DNA of 43,535 nt from an uncultured archaeon (GTDB taxonomy: Archaea; Thermoproteota; Nitrososphaeria_A; Caldarchaeales; Wolframiiraptoraceae), in the NCBI GenBank assembly GCA_938083505.1, contig CALKCF010000008.1:1-43535 (forward strand). Direction: 5' to 3'. Both the position numbers and the translations under genes were made by a program. Every line of letters begins with the position of its first letter. The first letter of the stretch is position 1. This document shows, in pieces, positions 18,867-27,999 of the stretch. The notes under the pieces are model-generated. The model was given only the letters and a program-made list of their open reading frames with translations. It was not told the DNA's origin and made no database searches.

Positions 18867-19667
18867 TTGGTAAGATCTACGATTGATTTGTTTAGAATGT
18901 TTGCCATACCTATAGCCGAAAGGACTTGGAGGAAGGATAACTCTAGGGTTCTGTCTGATATGAATTCTTGGTTACGTATACTATTGGAGAAGGCTGAAAC
19001 GCAGGCTTCAGTTGAATTTAATGATGACGGTTGGCTTGTCATTAAGGGTGATGGGGCAAAATTTGCACTTAACGTGTTGAATAAGATTTGTTACTATCCA
19101 TTATCCATCGGACAAGTAGAGGAAAGGGCCTCAAAAGTTTACCGCATTGATTCATCTAAGACAATACATGTCATATATCCAAATGAAGACGGTAGAACGT
19201 CAACTACTACTATCACTGTTAAAGAACTTATGGCGCGATTGAAGATAAAAAGGATAGGGCGGAGTGAGTTTATCAAAAAGTTCGGCATAGTCGAGAGACT
19301 GCCCTTAAGCATCCTTCTTACGAAAGGGACTATTTCGGATCTTTCCGTTAATTTTTTCACGAATTTTCTGATGGGCGGGTTGGACATAGTCTTAGCTCTA
19401 GACCTTACGCCGGTCGAAGCTGATGAGTTAATAAGTTCAAAAGAAGTTAGTGATAATGTGGTTGAGATGAAAGTCCTCACACCTTTTAGCTATGCCTTTT
19501 TGGTTAAGCTGGGCGTCGAACCGTCTAGCGTAAGGGCATTATTATCTGAAATCGCAAAATCTATTGGGGCCAGGCCGCTTATGTTCGTGCTCAGATGGGA
19601 AGAGGTTGCAAGGCATGTTGTATCCAAGCGGCAGATGTTTAGTTTTAGTTATGTGAGTAAATGTTAA
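18867..19667 (+). CDS. Hypothetical protein, possibly DUF2110-like
   Basis: Long ORF; DGWLVIKGDGAKFALNVL segment resembles archaeal DUF2110 proteins (weak). Confidence 0.5.
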   Translation: MVRSTIDLFRMFAIPIAERTWRKDNSRVLSDMNSWLRILLEKAETQASVEFNDDGWLVIKGDGAKFALNVLNKICYYPLSIGQVEERASKVYRIDSSKTIHVIYPNEDGRTSTTTITVKELMARLKIKRIGRSEFIKKFGIVERLPLSILLTKGTISDLSVNFFTNFLMGGLDIVLALDLTPVEADELISSKEVSDNVVEMKVLTPFSYAFLVKLGVEPSSVRALLSEIAKSIGARPLMFVLRWEEVARHVVSKRQMFSFSYVSKC

Positions 19668-19718
19668 AAACTAAAAAACTCTTAAATAGGTATAGCAAAA
19701 CGTCTTATGTGAACGTAT

Positions 19719-20534
19719 TTGGGTAGGTACTTATGCTTACCAATCGTTATGTTTAAACATGGCAGAAGGATAACGACACTCGACCTCATCTTAAAAGACG
19801 TGCCTGGTACCCTTGCAAAAGTTTTCAGCGTCATATACGCTAAAAATATTAACGTCGTTGGTTGCATAACGAACGCCGTAGCAGAAGAAAGCGGGGGCGT
19901 ATTCTGCGTAGTTTACTTGGATGCTACAGACGTTCCAGCCCAAGATTTTAGGAACTTATTAAACGAACTTAAAAACATGGAAGAAGTCTATTATGTTGAT
20001 TACGAAGAGTTCGACATAGATTCCATAGGATCAGCGGCTTTCTCGCAATACTACGAAGAACTCTGCATACATGACGAGAGAGCAACGATTTTTACTTCTG
20101 CACATTTAAAGGGATTATTTAACGGTCTGTACAAAAAGTTTGGAAAGGGGGCAGCAATCTTCCTGTATCATTTAGGCTTAGACGTTGGAGAGTTCATGGC
20201 TAATACTTATAAGCCCATGTTAGAGGCTGGAGCATCGCCAAAAACTTTACTAGAACTCGCATTACAAACAGAAAGAGCATCTGGTTGGTTTTCGAAATAT
20301 GAGCTCGATGTTATCTCGAAAGACGAATTTCGTATTAAGATATGGAAGAATGCTGAATGCGCTTTTCTGTCGAATGTTGCGAATGTTCCAACTGGTAACT
20401 TACGCAAAGGCATTTTGATAGGCTACCTATCAAAGTTGTTCGGTGGAGAGTGGACCGTGAATGAGGTTGAATGTGTAAATACTGGTAGTGAAGTGTGTCT
20501 ATTTCACGTAAAGAAAGAAAAACCTATTTCTTGA
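19719..20534 (+). CDS. ACT-domain + V4R-domain protein
   Basis: DVPGTLAKV...NINV (ACT); SGW, NAEC, G...G.L, EVECVNTGSEVCLF (V4R). Confidence 0.82.
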   Translation: MGRYLCLPIVMFKHGRRITTLDLILKDVPGTLAKVFSVIYAKNINVVGCITNAVAEESGGVFCVVYLDATDVPAQDFRNLLNELKNMEEVYYVDYEEFDIDSIGSAAFSQYYEELCIHDERATIFTSAHLKGLFNGLYKKFGKGAAIFLYHLGLDVGEFMANTYKPMLEAGASPKTLLELALQTERASGWFSKYELDVISKDEFRIKIWKNAECAFLSNVANVPTGNLRKGILIGYLSKLFGGEWTVNEVECVNTGSEVCLFHVKKEKPIS

Positions 20535-20594
20535 TGAGAATATCGTCAAATATAATATTAGCATACAGATTCTCAGCTAAAAGGGTGGCGGGCA

Positions 20595-21248
20595 TTGTCC
20601 GTAAGCTTTGGTGGGAAGTACCTACCGACGAAACTTGAGCTAATAAGGATACGCCGCTCTTTGCAGGTTGCCCAGAATGTTTACAGGATACTAGAAGACA
20701 AGAGGGACATACTCGTAAGGAGGCTGAACGAACTCATAGAAGAGGCTGAAGGAGCGAGGCGGAAACTTATTGAACCACTTATGAAAGCATACGATGCACT
20801 ACACGAAAGTTTGCTCAGCATGGGACCTTTGAGGTTGCAGAGCATTGTCGCCAACATTCCCGAAACCGTTTCGGTTAGGGCGAAATCTAGGACTATTATA
20901 GGGATAAACATACCGATTGTTGAGTCGGACGGTGGAAAGATAGAGCTTACATATGGCTTCGCTGATACGTCCGTCTCGCTTGACGAGGCGGCTAGCATGT
21001 TTAGGGAGCTGGTTAGTATTATCTGTAAAGCGGCAGAACTTGAAAATGCTATCTTCAGGCTTGCAGATGAGCTGAAGAAGACCCAACGTCTTCTTAATGC
21101 TCTCGAACATGTCGTCATACCAAGATACAGGGAGGCGATAAAGTTCATATCCATGAGGCTTGATGAGAGGGAGAGGGAAGACTTCGTCAAGCTGAAGCAT
21201 ATTAAAAGGAGGCTTGAGTTGAGAGGGGCGGGCTCGTATGCAAGTTAA
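20595..21248 (+). CDS. atpD: A/V-type ATP synthase subunit D
   Basis: PTKLEL, LEDKRD.L, ELKKTQR.LNALE.VVIP, LDERERE. Confidence 0.95.
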   Translation: MSVSFGGKYLPTKLELIRIRRSLQVAQNVYRILEDKRDILVRRLNELIEEAEGARRKLIEPLMKAYDALHESLLSMGPLRLQSIVANIPETVSVRAKSRTIIGINIPIVESDGGKIELTYGFADTSVSLDEAASMFRELVSIICKAAELENAIFRLADELKKTQRLLNALEHVVIPRYREAIKFISMRLDEREREDFVKLKHIKRRLELRGAGSYAS

Positions 21249-21384
21249 GGAGGTTGAGAAGGCTTTCGATAGGGCCAAAAGGGCTGTGAAGGACAAAAAA
21301 GAGGCATACGTGAAAGATATAGAATCCAAGATTGAAGGACTTTTGAGAAGGATTTACGAAGTTTTGAACAAGCAAAAACGATAG
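21238..21384 (+). CDS. 48-aa charged helical protein overlapping atpD; probable small ATP synthase subunit
   Basis: Not in the ORF track: MQVKEVEKAFDRAKRAVKDKKEAYVKDIESKIEGLLRRIYEVLNKQKR; same position as the small gene between D and K in crenarchaeal/thaumarchaeal operons. Confidence 0.65.
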   Translation: MQVKEVEKAFDRAKRAVKDKKEAYVKDIESKIEGLLRRIYEVLNKQKR

Positions 21385-21402
21385 TATGAAAAGGGAAGTT
21401 AT

Positions 21403-21618
21403 ATGAAGGTCTCAGATAAAAACAAAAAGAAATTTCTTGAGATCTTGAGGGAAGGATTAAAAGAAGAGCTCGATATGCGAAGGAGAATCCATCGCGAGAT
21501 CCTATCTTGTGAGAGGGGTAAAGTTAGGAAAACGTTATCACAAGAGGTTGAAACATCTAAAAGACGCAAGCCATCCTATATACTAAGAACCTTGAGGGGG
21601 CTCTCCTGGGTGTTTTGA
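21403..21618 (+). CDS. Hypothetical basic protein
   Basis: ATG ORF, same strand, overlaps the next ORF. Confidence 0.45.
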   Translation: MKVSDKNKKKFLEILREGLKEELDMRRRIHREILSCERGKVRKTLSQEVETSKRRKPSYILRTLRGLSWVF

Positions 21619-21818
21619 TGCGGTTTAGGGAACTACTACTAAGGTCAACGATATTGGCCATATTGTTCACAGGCCCCCCAATAATTTTGCTGGTAATCTT
21701 AAAGGCGCTTAATTTGCTCAATACATTCTCGATATTAGGCTGGGGGATATTTGCGTTATGCTGGACGGTATTTGTGGTAACATTTATTGAAAGGTATAAG
21801 GGACGCGTTTTTCGGTAA
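21615..21818 (+). CDS. Small two-TM membrane protein
   Basis: Two hydrophobic segments, basic C-terminus. Confidence 0.55.
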   Translation: MMRFRELLLRSTILAILFTGPPIILLVILKALNLLNTFSILGWGIFALCWTVFVVTFIERYKGRVFR

Positions 21819-21838
21819 GCCTTATAAGATGCTAAGCG

Positions 21839-22189
21839 TTGAAAGCTTCACGCAAAAGGGGTGCTCTCAAGGTGTTAAACTCAAGCATTATCGGTCAGTT
21901 GGTGTTTGTGTCCTTGTTCGTACTTTCTTTGTTAGTATCGTTTACGACGCCTGTAGCTGCTGCCCCAGAGGAAGCTCCGGAGCTCTTCCCAAAGACGCTT
22001 TCTGCTGCTATAGCATTTAGCGTCGCCGTCATATCAGCTGGCTTCGGTATCGCGAGGGCCGGCTCGGCTGGCTTGGCTGCTGCTGCCGAGAGACCTGAGA
22101 TAAGGACTACCGCGATAATAGTAGCTGCGTTCGCCGAGGCACTAGCTATCTACGGCATAGTTATCGCATTCTTCATACTCGGTGCGTAG
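21839..22189 (+). CDS. atpK: A/V-type ATP synthase proteolipid subunit K/c with N-terminal leader helix
   Basis: AGFGIARAGSAGLAAAAERPE...FAEALAIYG; single hairpin with essential Glu. Confidence 0.93.
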   Translation: MKASRKRGALKVLNSSIIGQLVFVSLFVLSLLVSFTTPVAAAPEEAPELFPKTLSAAIAFSVAVISAGFGIARAGSAGLAAAAERPEIRTTAIIVAAFAEALAIYGIVIAFFILGA

Positions 22190-22223
22190 AACCTAAAAAC
22201 CAATTTTTTAACATTCGTTTAAC

Positions 22224-22285
22224 GGTGGCTCTGACAAATGCCTCCTCGTCACTAGTCCGCGTAACTCTGGTTCTTCATCGCCACC
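22224..22285 (-). ncRNA. C/D-box 2'-O-methylation guide sRNA
   Basis: GGTGGC/GCCACC terminal stem; C GCGATGA, D' CGGA, C' GTGACGA, D CAGA; guides antisense to GUAACUCUG and CAAAUGCCU, conserved LSU rRNA segments. Confidence 0.75.
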
Positions 22286-22369
22286 ATTAGGATACGTTGT
22301 GTGGCCCCTATTTAATTTTCGTTATCAGTAGTTTAAAATATATAAGTCTGGGTTCTTACAACATGTAGA

Positions 22370-23005
22370 ATGCGCTACATCCAAGAAAGGCCTAGAGTGG
22401 TTTATGCCATCATATTGATCAATCTAGCAGTTTTTGTTTACATGTTTATGTTATCAACTAGGGAGGTGGTGGGGCTTGTGTATACCTTTGGTGTCGTCCC
22501 GGCGTTAATAATGAACGGTACAGCCTTTCATAGCCTCATAACATCCATGTTTTTGCACGCAGATTTTTTTCATATATTCTTCAACATGTATGCGCTCTTT
22601 CTCCTTGGTAGGGACTGTGAGGTTGTCTATGGTTCCAAAAGATTCACTTTAATGTACTTTCTGTCCGGCATACTCGCAGGCATATTACATTCCACTTACG
22701 TATACATTCTATTCCCGTGGGATGCGTACAAACCTGCAATAGGTGCTTCAGGTGCGATATTCGGTGTGATGGCGAGCTATGCCGTGTCATTTCCATTCAG
22801 GAGGTTATTCGTGTTCTTTGGTTTAATTCCCGTTGCAGCACCTGCAATCGTCGTGATATTTGGGCTGGCATTGATACAGTTATTTTATGCAATAATGATG
22901 CCCCTTGGTTCGGTTGCCTACGTCGCGCACATAGGAGGTTTCGTCACAGGTCTAATACTAACATTAATCTATAGGGCCGGGTTTAGGAGATACTACTACG
23001 CATGA
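22370..23005 (+). CDS. Rhomboid family intramembrane serine protease
   Basis: TSMFLH..HIFFNM, GASGA (Ser), AHIGG (His). Confidence 0.95.
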   Translation: MRYIQERPRVVYAIILINLAVFVYMFMLSTREVVGLVYTFGVVPALIMNGTAFHSLITSMFLHADFFHIFFNMYALFLLGRDCEVVYGSKRFTLMYFLSGILAGILHSTYVYILFPWDAYKPAIGASGAIFGVMASYAVSFPFRRLFVFFGLIPVAAPAIVVIFGLALIQLFYAIMMPLGSVAYVAHIGGFVTGLILTLIYRAGFRRYYYA

Positions 23006-23010
23006 TTCGA

Positions 23011-23205
23011 CTACCCTGCAACCCTTAGAACTACGTCCAGCATATACTTGCTTATTTCTGCTCCAAGCTCCTTAAGGAAAACAGCAAGTGCTACGACGAC
23101 CATCAACGTCACCAAGAATATTAAGAATAAGACCACTATTGCGAAAATCTCCCTGAAACCAGCCGCGGATATCGAGATTCTTAGCGACATCGAGCTCCCA
23201 TACAC
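23011..23205 (-). CDS. Small single-TM membrane protein
   Basis: Long hydrophobic stretch; fills the gap between neighbouring genes. Confidence 0.45.
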   Translation of the reverse strand: MYGSSMSLRISISAAGFREIFAIVVLFLIFLVTLMVVVALAVFLKELGAEISKYMLDVVLRVAG

Positions 23206-23292
23206 ACTGATATGCGAAAAATATAACTATTTTTTCAGAATCGTAAAATAATTTTTAATATTTAGAGACTTTTGAATAAACTGTGGTGACAG

Positions 23293-23922
23293 TTGTCGAA
23301 GGCTTTCCTTAAAGCTCAAGAATATGTTAAGGAGCAGCTACGAAGGGGTGTTCCAAGGATAACGATCCAAGAAAGGATGACAGAGTTCGAAGCGGATGGT
23401 TTTGTAGTCAACAGAGCATACTTCATCGGCAAGCCGATAATCGGCATGGAGAAAAATATGAACGTCAAGTTCGATAAAAACTTCATAGCGTTTGTAAGAA
23501 AGTTTGCGAAGCTTAGAAACCTTGACGTCGAGGTTGTTGGGGGCGGGATTTTCTTAAAGAGGGGCGAGGAGGTTGTTGCATGGTTAAGAGAGGACTTCTT
23601 CGGAGCTGATAATGCAACCTTATTTGAAGAATTGGGCAAGGAGGTCTATGGGATACATTCTAACCATGAGAAGAAATTCAAGCATGATTTGGCGGATTCA
23701 TTTCTGGAGTTACTTGCGGATTCAAGGTCGGGTGTGAGGTTCATAGCATTCATGTTTGTCCTTTCACTAATCGTCACAGCACTTGCCGCACCTTTTATAA
23801 CACTACCCCCACACATACCCAGATGGTCCATACTCTTAATCGTACCTATTGTGGTAACCTTTCTACTTTGCGCCGTCAGGCTTTACGCAAAATCAAAGCG
23901 TATACTTTTAGTAAAGATTTGA
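23293..23922 (+). CDS. Hypothetical protein with two C-terminal TM helices
   Basis: 209-aa ORF, soluble N-terminus, hydrophobic C-terminal hairpin. Confidence 0.65.
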   Translation: MSKAFLKAQEYVKEQLRRGVPRITIQERMTEFEADGFVVNRAYFIGKPIIGMEKNMNVKFDKNFIAFVRKFAKLRNLDVEVVGGGIFLKRGEEVVAWLREDFFGADNATLFEELGKEVYGIHSNHEKKFKHDLADSFLELLADSRSGVRFIAFMFVLSLIVTALAAPFITLPPHIPRWSILLIVPIVVTFLLCAVRLYAKSKRILLVKI

Positions 23923-23974
23923 TGAGAGTTTAAATATAGGATTATACGCTCGACGTCGCAGAGGTGCCAACTTC

Positions 23975-24628
23975 TTGCTTTATAACAACTACATGCTAAA
24001 GCCCCCAAACTACAAGTTTGGCACCTTTCATTACAGTTTAGGCAATTCCAAGAAGGTGATAGAATCCGTTGAGGAGGAAGTTGTACCAAGGAGCGATGTT
24101 GAAGAAGTATTGAGGAAGTACAAGCTTGGATGTGTTTACAAAGAGAAGAGAAGAGGGCTGAAGTATGTCATTTACAAATTGAAGAACCTATCACTTATTA
24201 AGTATATAATAAACTGGGGAAGGCTCTGTTCGATGTGGCCTGTTCATCTTACGACGGCATGCTGTTCCGTCGAGTTTGCAGCCCTAAGTGGACCAAGGTA
24301 CGATCCCGAAAGGTTTGGCTGGCTTACTGCTGTCGGCTCTTTAAGGCAATCGGACATCCTCCTGATTGAGGGCACTGTTACTACGAAAATGGCTCAAAGA
24401 GTCAGGCTGATCTACGATCAAATGCCAGAGCCGAAGTGGGTCATAGCTATGGGGGCTTGTGCAATAAGTGGTGGGCTTTACGCAAAGGACTCTTATAATG
24501 TGATTCAGGGCATAGACGATATAATCCCCGTAGACGTCTACATACCGGGATGCCCGCCGAGGCCTGAGACATTATTCCAAGGGATATTGATGCTTAGAGA
24601 CAAGATAATGAATGAGGTGATCAAGTAA
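23975..24628 (+). CDS. nuoB: Complex I-like subunit B
   Basis: TACCSVE, DQMPEPKWVIAMGACA, VDVYIPGCPPRPE; true start likely the GTG near 24056. Confidence 0.95.
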   Translation: MLYNNYMLKPPNYKFGTFHYSLGNSKKVIESVEEEVVPRSDVEEVLRKYKLGCVYKEKRRGLKYVIYKLKNLSLIKYIINWGRLCSMWPVHLTTACCSVEFAALSGPRYDPERFGWLTAVGSLRQSDILLIEGTVTTKMAQRVRLIYDQMPEPKWVIAMGACAISGGLYAKDSYNVIQGIDDIIPVDVYIPGCPPRPETLFQGILMLRDKIMNEVIK

Positions 24629-24630
24629 GC

Positions 24631-25134
24631 TTGTCGGACGCAGAAGAAATCTTGGCTAGGTTAATCGAAGATCTAAAGAAAAAGTTTGGTGATAAGATCC
24701 TTGAAGTGAATTTAGAACCTAAGAAGATAGCGAAATTTACCGTCACACCTGAGTGTATCAAAGAGGTTGCGCAGTACTTGAAGTCGGAATGGACAATAGA
24801 TTACATAAAAGGTGTAACGGGCGTAGATTTATCCAGGTTGCCTGACAAGGCGCAAGAGGTGTTAGAAGTTATCTATCATATCGGTAGCATATCCTCAGAA
24901 ATGTTTAGAGGCGTGACTCTCTCACTATCGACGAAGGTTAGCATATCAAATCCGGTCGTGCCGTCATTAAGCAACATTTGGAAAGGTGCGGAGATGCATG
25001 AGCGTGAAGCGTATGAAATGTTGGGTATCAATTTCGAAGGGCATCCAGACCTGAGGAAGTTACTTTTACCCGAGTTTTGGTCAGACAAACCTCCGCTGAG
25101 GAAGGATTATGTTGTTCCGGGGAGAGGGTGTTGA
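24631..25134 (+). CDS. nuoC: Complex I-like subunit C
   Basis: TGVD, EREAYEMLGINFEGHPDLR.LLLP, PLRKD. Confidence 0.93.
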   Translation: MSDAEEILARLIEDLKKKFGDKILEVNLEPKKIAKFTVTPECIKEVAQYLKSEWTIDYIKGVTGVDLSRLPDKAQEVLEVIYHIGSISSEMFRGVTLSLSTKVSISNPVVPSLSNIWKGAEMHEREAYEMLGINFEGHPDLRKLLLPEFWSDKPPLRKDYVVPGRGC

Positions 25135-26353
25135 AGTGGTCAAAGAGAAAGTTAAATCATTAGAGGTGTACGAGGCTGGACCAATGCTCACGTTCAGTAT
25201 GGGGCCGCAACATCCTGGGACCGGCCACTTTAGAATGATAATCACAGTTGTCGGTGACACAGTTGTTAGATGCGATCCGGACCCTGGCTTTGTTCATAGA
25301 GGCGAGGAGAAGTTATGCGAGTACAAGACATGGATAACAAACATACCCCACCTTGAGAGGCCGGCGATACTTGATGCTGCCGGCATGATTTATCCTTACG
25401 TTCTAGCGGTAGAGAGGCTCATGGACATCGAGCCTCCAGAGAGGGCTAAGTATCTAAGGGTTATAATGGCCGAGCTTCAAAGGATATGCAGCCACCTTTA
25501 CTGGCTAGGATTGATGGGAGTTTTCGCGGGCCATGCAACGATATATATGTGGTGTTTCGGTGATCGAGAGTACCTCGTGGACTTGACGCAGTTAATAGGT
25601 GGCCAGAGGATAACGCATTCATATTTCGTTCCTGGAGGTGTTAGGAACGATGCACCATCTAAAGTTCCAAAAGAGCTCGTGAAAGACTTTAGGAGATACT
25701 ACCGCATGATGCTAGGAAAAGATTATCCTGGTGGCGAGGTGCCTGAGGATTTTCGAAAGTATGTTCTTGCTGTATGTGAGTTTTTCGATACAAGACTTGA
25801 CGAGTACTACCCGATGCTTCTTGACAGCCCGCTATTCATTTACAGGACAAGAGGTGTCGGCATACTTAAAAGGGAGGACGCCATATCTTTAGGTGTAGTT
25901 GGTCCTGTTCTTAGGGGCTCTGGTGTGAAATCTGATACGAGAATAGACGAGCCATACGATGCGTATCCGTACCTCAAATTTAACGTTCCGACCATGGATG
26001 GTTGTGATAGTTATTCAAGAATAATGGTAGGCTACTACGAGATGAGGGAGAGCGTCAGGATAATTAAGCAGGCTGTCGAGCAGATGCCTGAGGGGCCTGT
26101 TAAGCTTAAGCAGCACCCTGTCACAATAAAGGTTCCTGCTGGTGAGGTTTTTGCAAGCGCAGAAGCTGCTAGGGGACAGTGTTCATATTATATTAGGAGT
26201 GACGGTACGGATAAACCCTATAGGGTGAAGATCTGCTCGCCATCGTTCAGAAACCTCATAGCGATACCTCACCTTATTAAGGATGTAAGGATTGCAGACA
26301 TACCGATAATTTACTGGTCGCTGAATTATTGGCCAGTAGAGTGTGATAGGTGA
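25109..26353 (+). CDS. nuoD: Complex I-like subunit D
   Basis: GPQHP, G.VHRG.EK, AEL.RI.SHL, E.ARG, PSF.NL, YWPVECDR; no CxxC NiFe motifs. Confidence 0.95.
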   Translation: MLFRGEGVEVVKEKVKSLEVYEAGPMLTFSMGPQHPGTGHFRMIITVVGDTVVRCDPDPGFVHRGEEKLCEYKTWITNIPHLERPAILDAAGMIYPYVLAVERLMDIEPPERAKYLRVIMAELQRICSHLYWLGLMGVFAGHATIYMWCFGDREYLVDLTQLIGGQRITHSYFVPGGVRNDAPSKVPKELVKDFRRYYRMMLGKDYPGGEVPEDFRKYVLAVCEFFDTRLDEYYPMLLDSPLFIYRTRGVGILKREDAISLGVVGPVLRGSGVKSDTRIDEPYDAYPYLKFNVPTMDGCDSYSRIMVGYYEMRESVRIIKQAVEQMPEGPVKLKQHPVTIKVPAGEVFASAEAARGQCSYYIRSDGTDKPYRVKICSPSFRNLIAIPHLIKDVRIADIPIIYWSLNYWPVECDR

Positions 26354-26359
26354 GGGCGT

Positions 26360-27283
26360 ATGAGTATACTACGTGATGTTAAAAGGACTTTAATGCCGAT
26401 ATATTCTGGACTGAAGCATGTGTTTCTGAAACCGTATACAATAAAGTGGCCGTACGAAAGGGTTCCGAATCTGTCAGATGAGGGCTATAGGTTCGACCCT
26501 AAGACAGGTATAGGATATCCTGGTAATAAGGGAAGGCACTTGCTTTACATGGAAAAGTGTACCGGCTGCGGCTCTTGCGACTTAACGTGTCAGAACATAG
26601 CAGAGGCAATAACAATGACGTATGGTTTCGATGTCGTCATAATTTTGGATGAGAATTGTTATGAGGCCTTTAAAGGATCTAAGCCAGAAATCGTTAAGGC
26701 CCTGGATGTAATATTAAGTTCGTTTTCAGCAGAACCTAGCAATATTCAGTATAACTCTCTTAGTTCCTTTTTCTGGACACTGACGGGTGTTAAACAAGTT
26801 ACAAAAGTAGATGGAGGGTACGAGATTAAGCTGAGCCTCGAGCCAATCTTTGATGTGAGGGCTGTTGAGGTTCTTTACCAGAAGATTTATCCCGCCGTCG
26901 AAAGACTTAAAGCTACAGGCTGGGAGTTAAGAAAGCTCGAGGTAACGACGGAGTCCACGTCTGTCGAGCTTTCAAAACAAGATTTTACGATAAACATCCT
27001 CATACGCAAAATAGACATGGGATACAAGCATAACAGGAGGTCATTGTTTCCGTCGATCGACTACGGTAGGTGCGTAATGTGCGGCCTTTGTGTTGATGCA
27101 TGTCCATTCCAAGCTCTGGAGATGACAAGCGAGTTTGAGTTATCGGCCATCAGTAGGAGGGAACTGATATATACACCAACCATGCTAGCCAAAAGACCAG
27201 AAGAGTTTAACATTACTGGTGTTCCTCCAGAGCTTAACGTTATAGAAAGAATGAGGATGGTCTTCAGGAGGATTATTTGGTAA
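26360..27283 (+). CDS. nuoI: Complex I-like subunit I with a large insertion between the Fe-S motifs
   Basis: T.KWPYE, GRH, CTGCGSCDLTC ... IDYGRCVMCGLCVDACP; 160 aa separate the two motifs. Confidence 0.9.
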   Translation: MSILRDVKRTLMPIYSGLKHVFLKPYTIKWPYERVPNLSDEGYRFDPKTGIGYPGNKGRHLLYMEKCTGCGSCDLTCQNIAEAITMTYGFDVVIILDENCYEAFKGSKPEIVKALDVILSSFSAEPSNIQYNSLSSFFWTLTGVKQVTKVDGGYEIKLSLEPIFDVRAVEVLYQKIYPAVERLKATGWELRKLEVTTESTSVELSKQDFTINILIRKIDMGYKHNRRSLFPSIDYGRCVMCGLCVDACPFQALEMTSEFELSAISRRELIYTPTMLAKRPEEFNITGVPPELNVIERMRMVFRRIIW

Positions 27284-27630
27284 TGACGGAAAAAGCATCA
27301 CCGCTTGAGTTAAGAGGAGAGGCCCTAATTTTAAGGGACAGAATAAGGGACGTTCTCAAGAACCTAAGAGCATTTGTTGAAGTTGAAGACTATTCTTTCG
27401 TTAAGAAGGCACAGCAACTATGTGAGAGCTTAGATAGCAAGGAGCTCTCAGGTCTCGAAGACTTAAAGAACAATGTCAGGGCCATATATCTAGCGTACAG
27501 GCAAGCAGATGGTAAGTTAGATGTGGAAACTCATGCTCACTTAGTCAGTCAAGCCGTATACGCAATAGTAAGAGCCAACATATTGTTAACAGGTTTGGAG
27601 TTTAAAGTTAAGAGGATGCGTGGTTTCTAA
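27277..27630 (+). CDS. Hypothetical helical protein inside the nuo cluster
   Basis: Overlaps the nuoI stop, RBS-like GGAGG upstream, 14 nt before nuoA. Confidence 0.7.
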   Translation: MVMTEKASPLELRGEALILRDRIRDVLKNLRAFVEVEDYSFVKKAQQLCESLDSKELSGLEDLKNNVRAIYLAYRQADGKLDVETHAHLVSQAVYAIVRANILLTGLEFKVKRMRGF

Positions 27631-27644
27631 AGTTTGGTGTTGTT

Positions 27645-27998
27645 ATGAGCGTAGATGCCTTTTTAATGTTCGTCGTGGTGGCTTTCTTAGTATCGTTACT
27701 ATTTGTACTGTTGGGAATGCTTCTGAGCCATAGAAGGGAAAAAAGGACAAAAGTCCTCACATTCGAGTGCGGACAAAAACCCTTTGAGTGGCCCACGCTA
27801 CAATTCCCTATACAATATTTCCCTTACCTCATAATTTACGTCGTTTACGCGGTCATAGCCATACTAATCCTAATCTCTTTGTTCTACGTCTTCGAGATTC
27901 CGGACGCTCTCATGAAGATAACAATTTTCTTAGCAATCCTTACGTTCTCCTCAATATTCCTAAGCATGAACTTAAAGAGACTGGTTCAGAAGATATGA
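27645..27998 (+). CDS. nuoA: Complex I-like subunit A
   Basis: Three TMs, FECG..P, F.IQYF. Confidence 0.88.
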   Translation: MSVDAFLMFVVVAFLVSLLFVLLGMLLSHRREKRTKVLTFECGQKPFEWPTLQFPIQYFPYLIIYVVYAVIAILILISLFYVFEIPDALMKITIFLAILTFSSIFLSMNLKRLVQKI

Positions 27999-27999
27999 G

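Noticed and set aside
21839-22189. Na+-coupled ATP synthase
   Set aside because: The essential Glu is followed by Ala and the helix-1 Gln is missing, so H+ coupling is more likely
25109-26353. NuoD as a group 4 [NiFe]-hydrogenase large subunit
   Set aside because: Both CxxC metal-binding motifs are absent; complex I-type GPQHP present
26621-27040. NuoI insertion as an intein
   Set aside because: No Cys/Ser start with intein block motifs; HN is followed by Arg, not Cys/Ser/Thr
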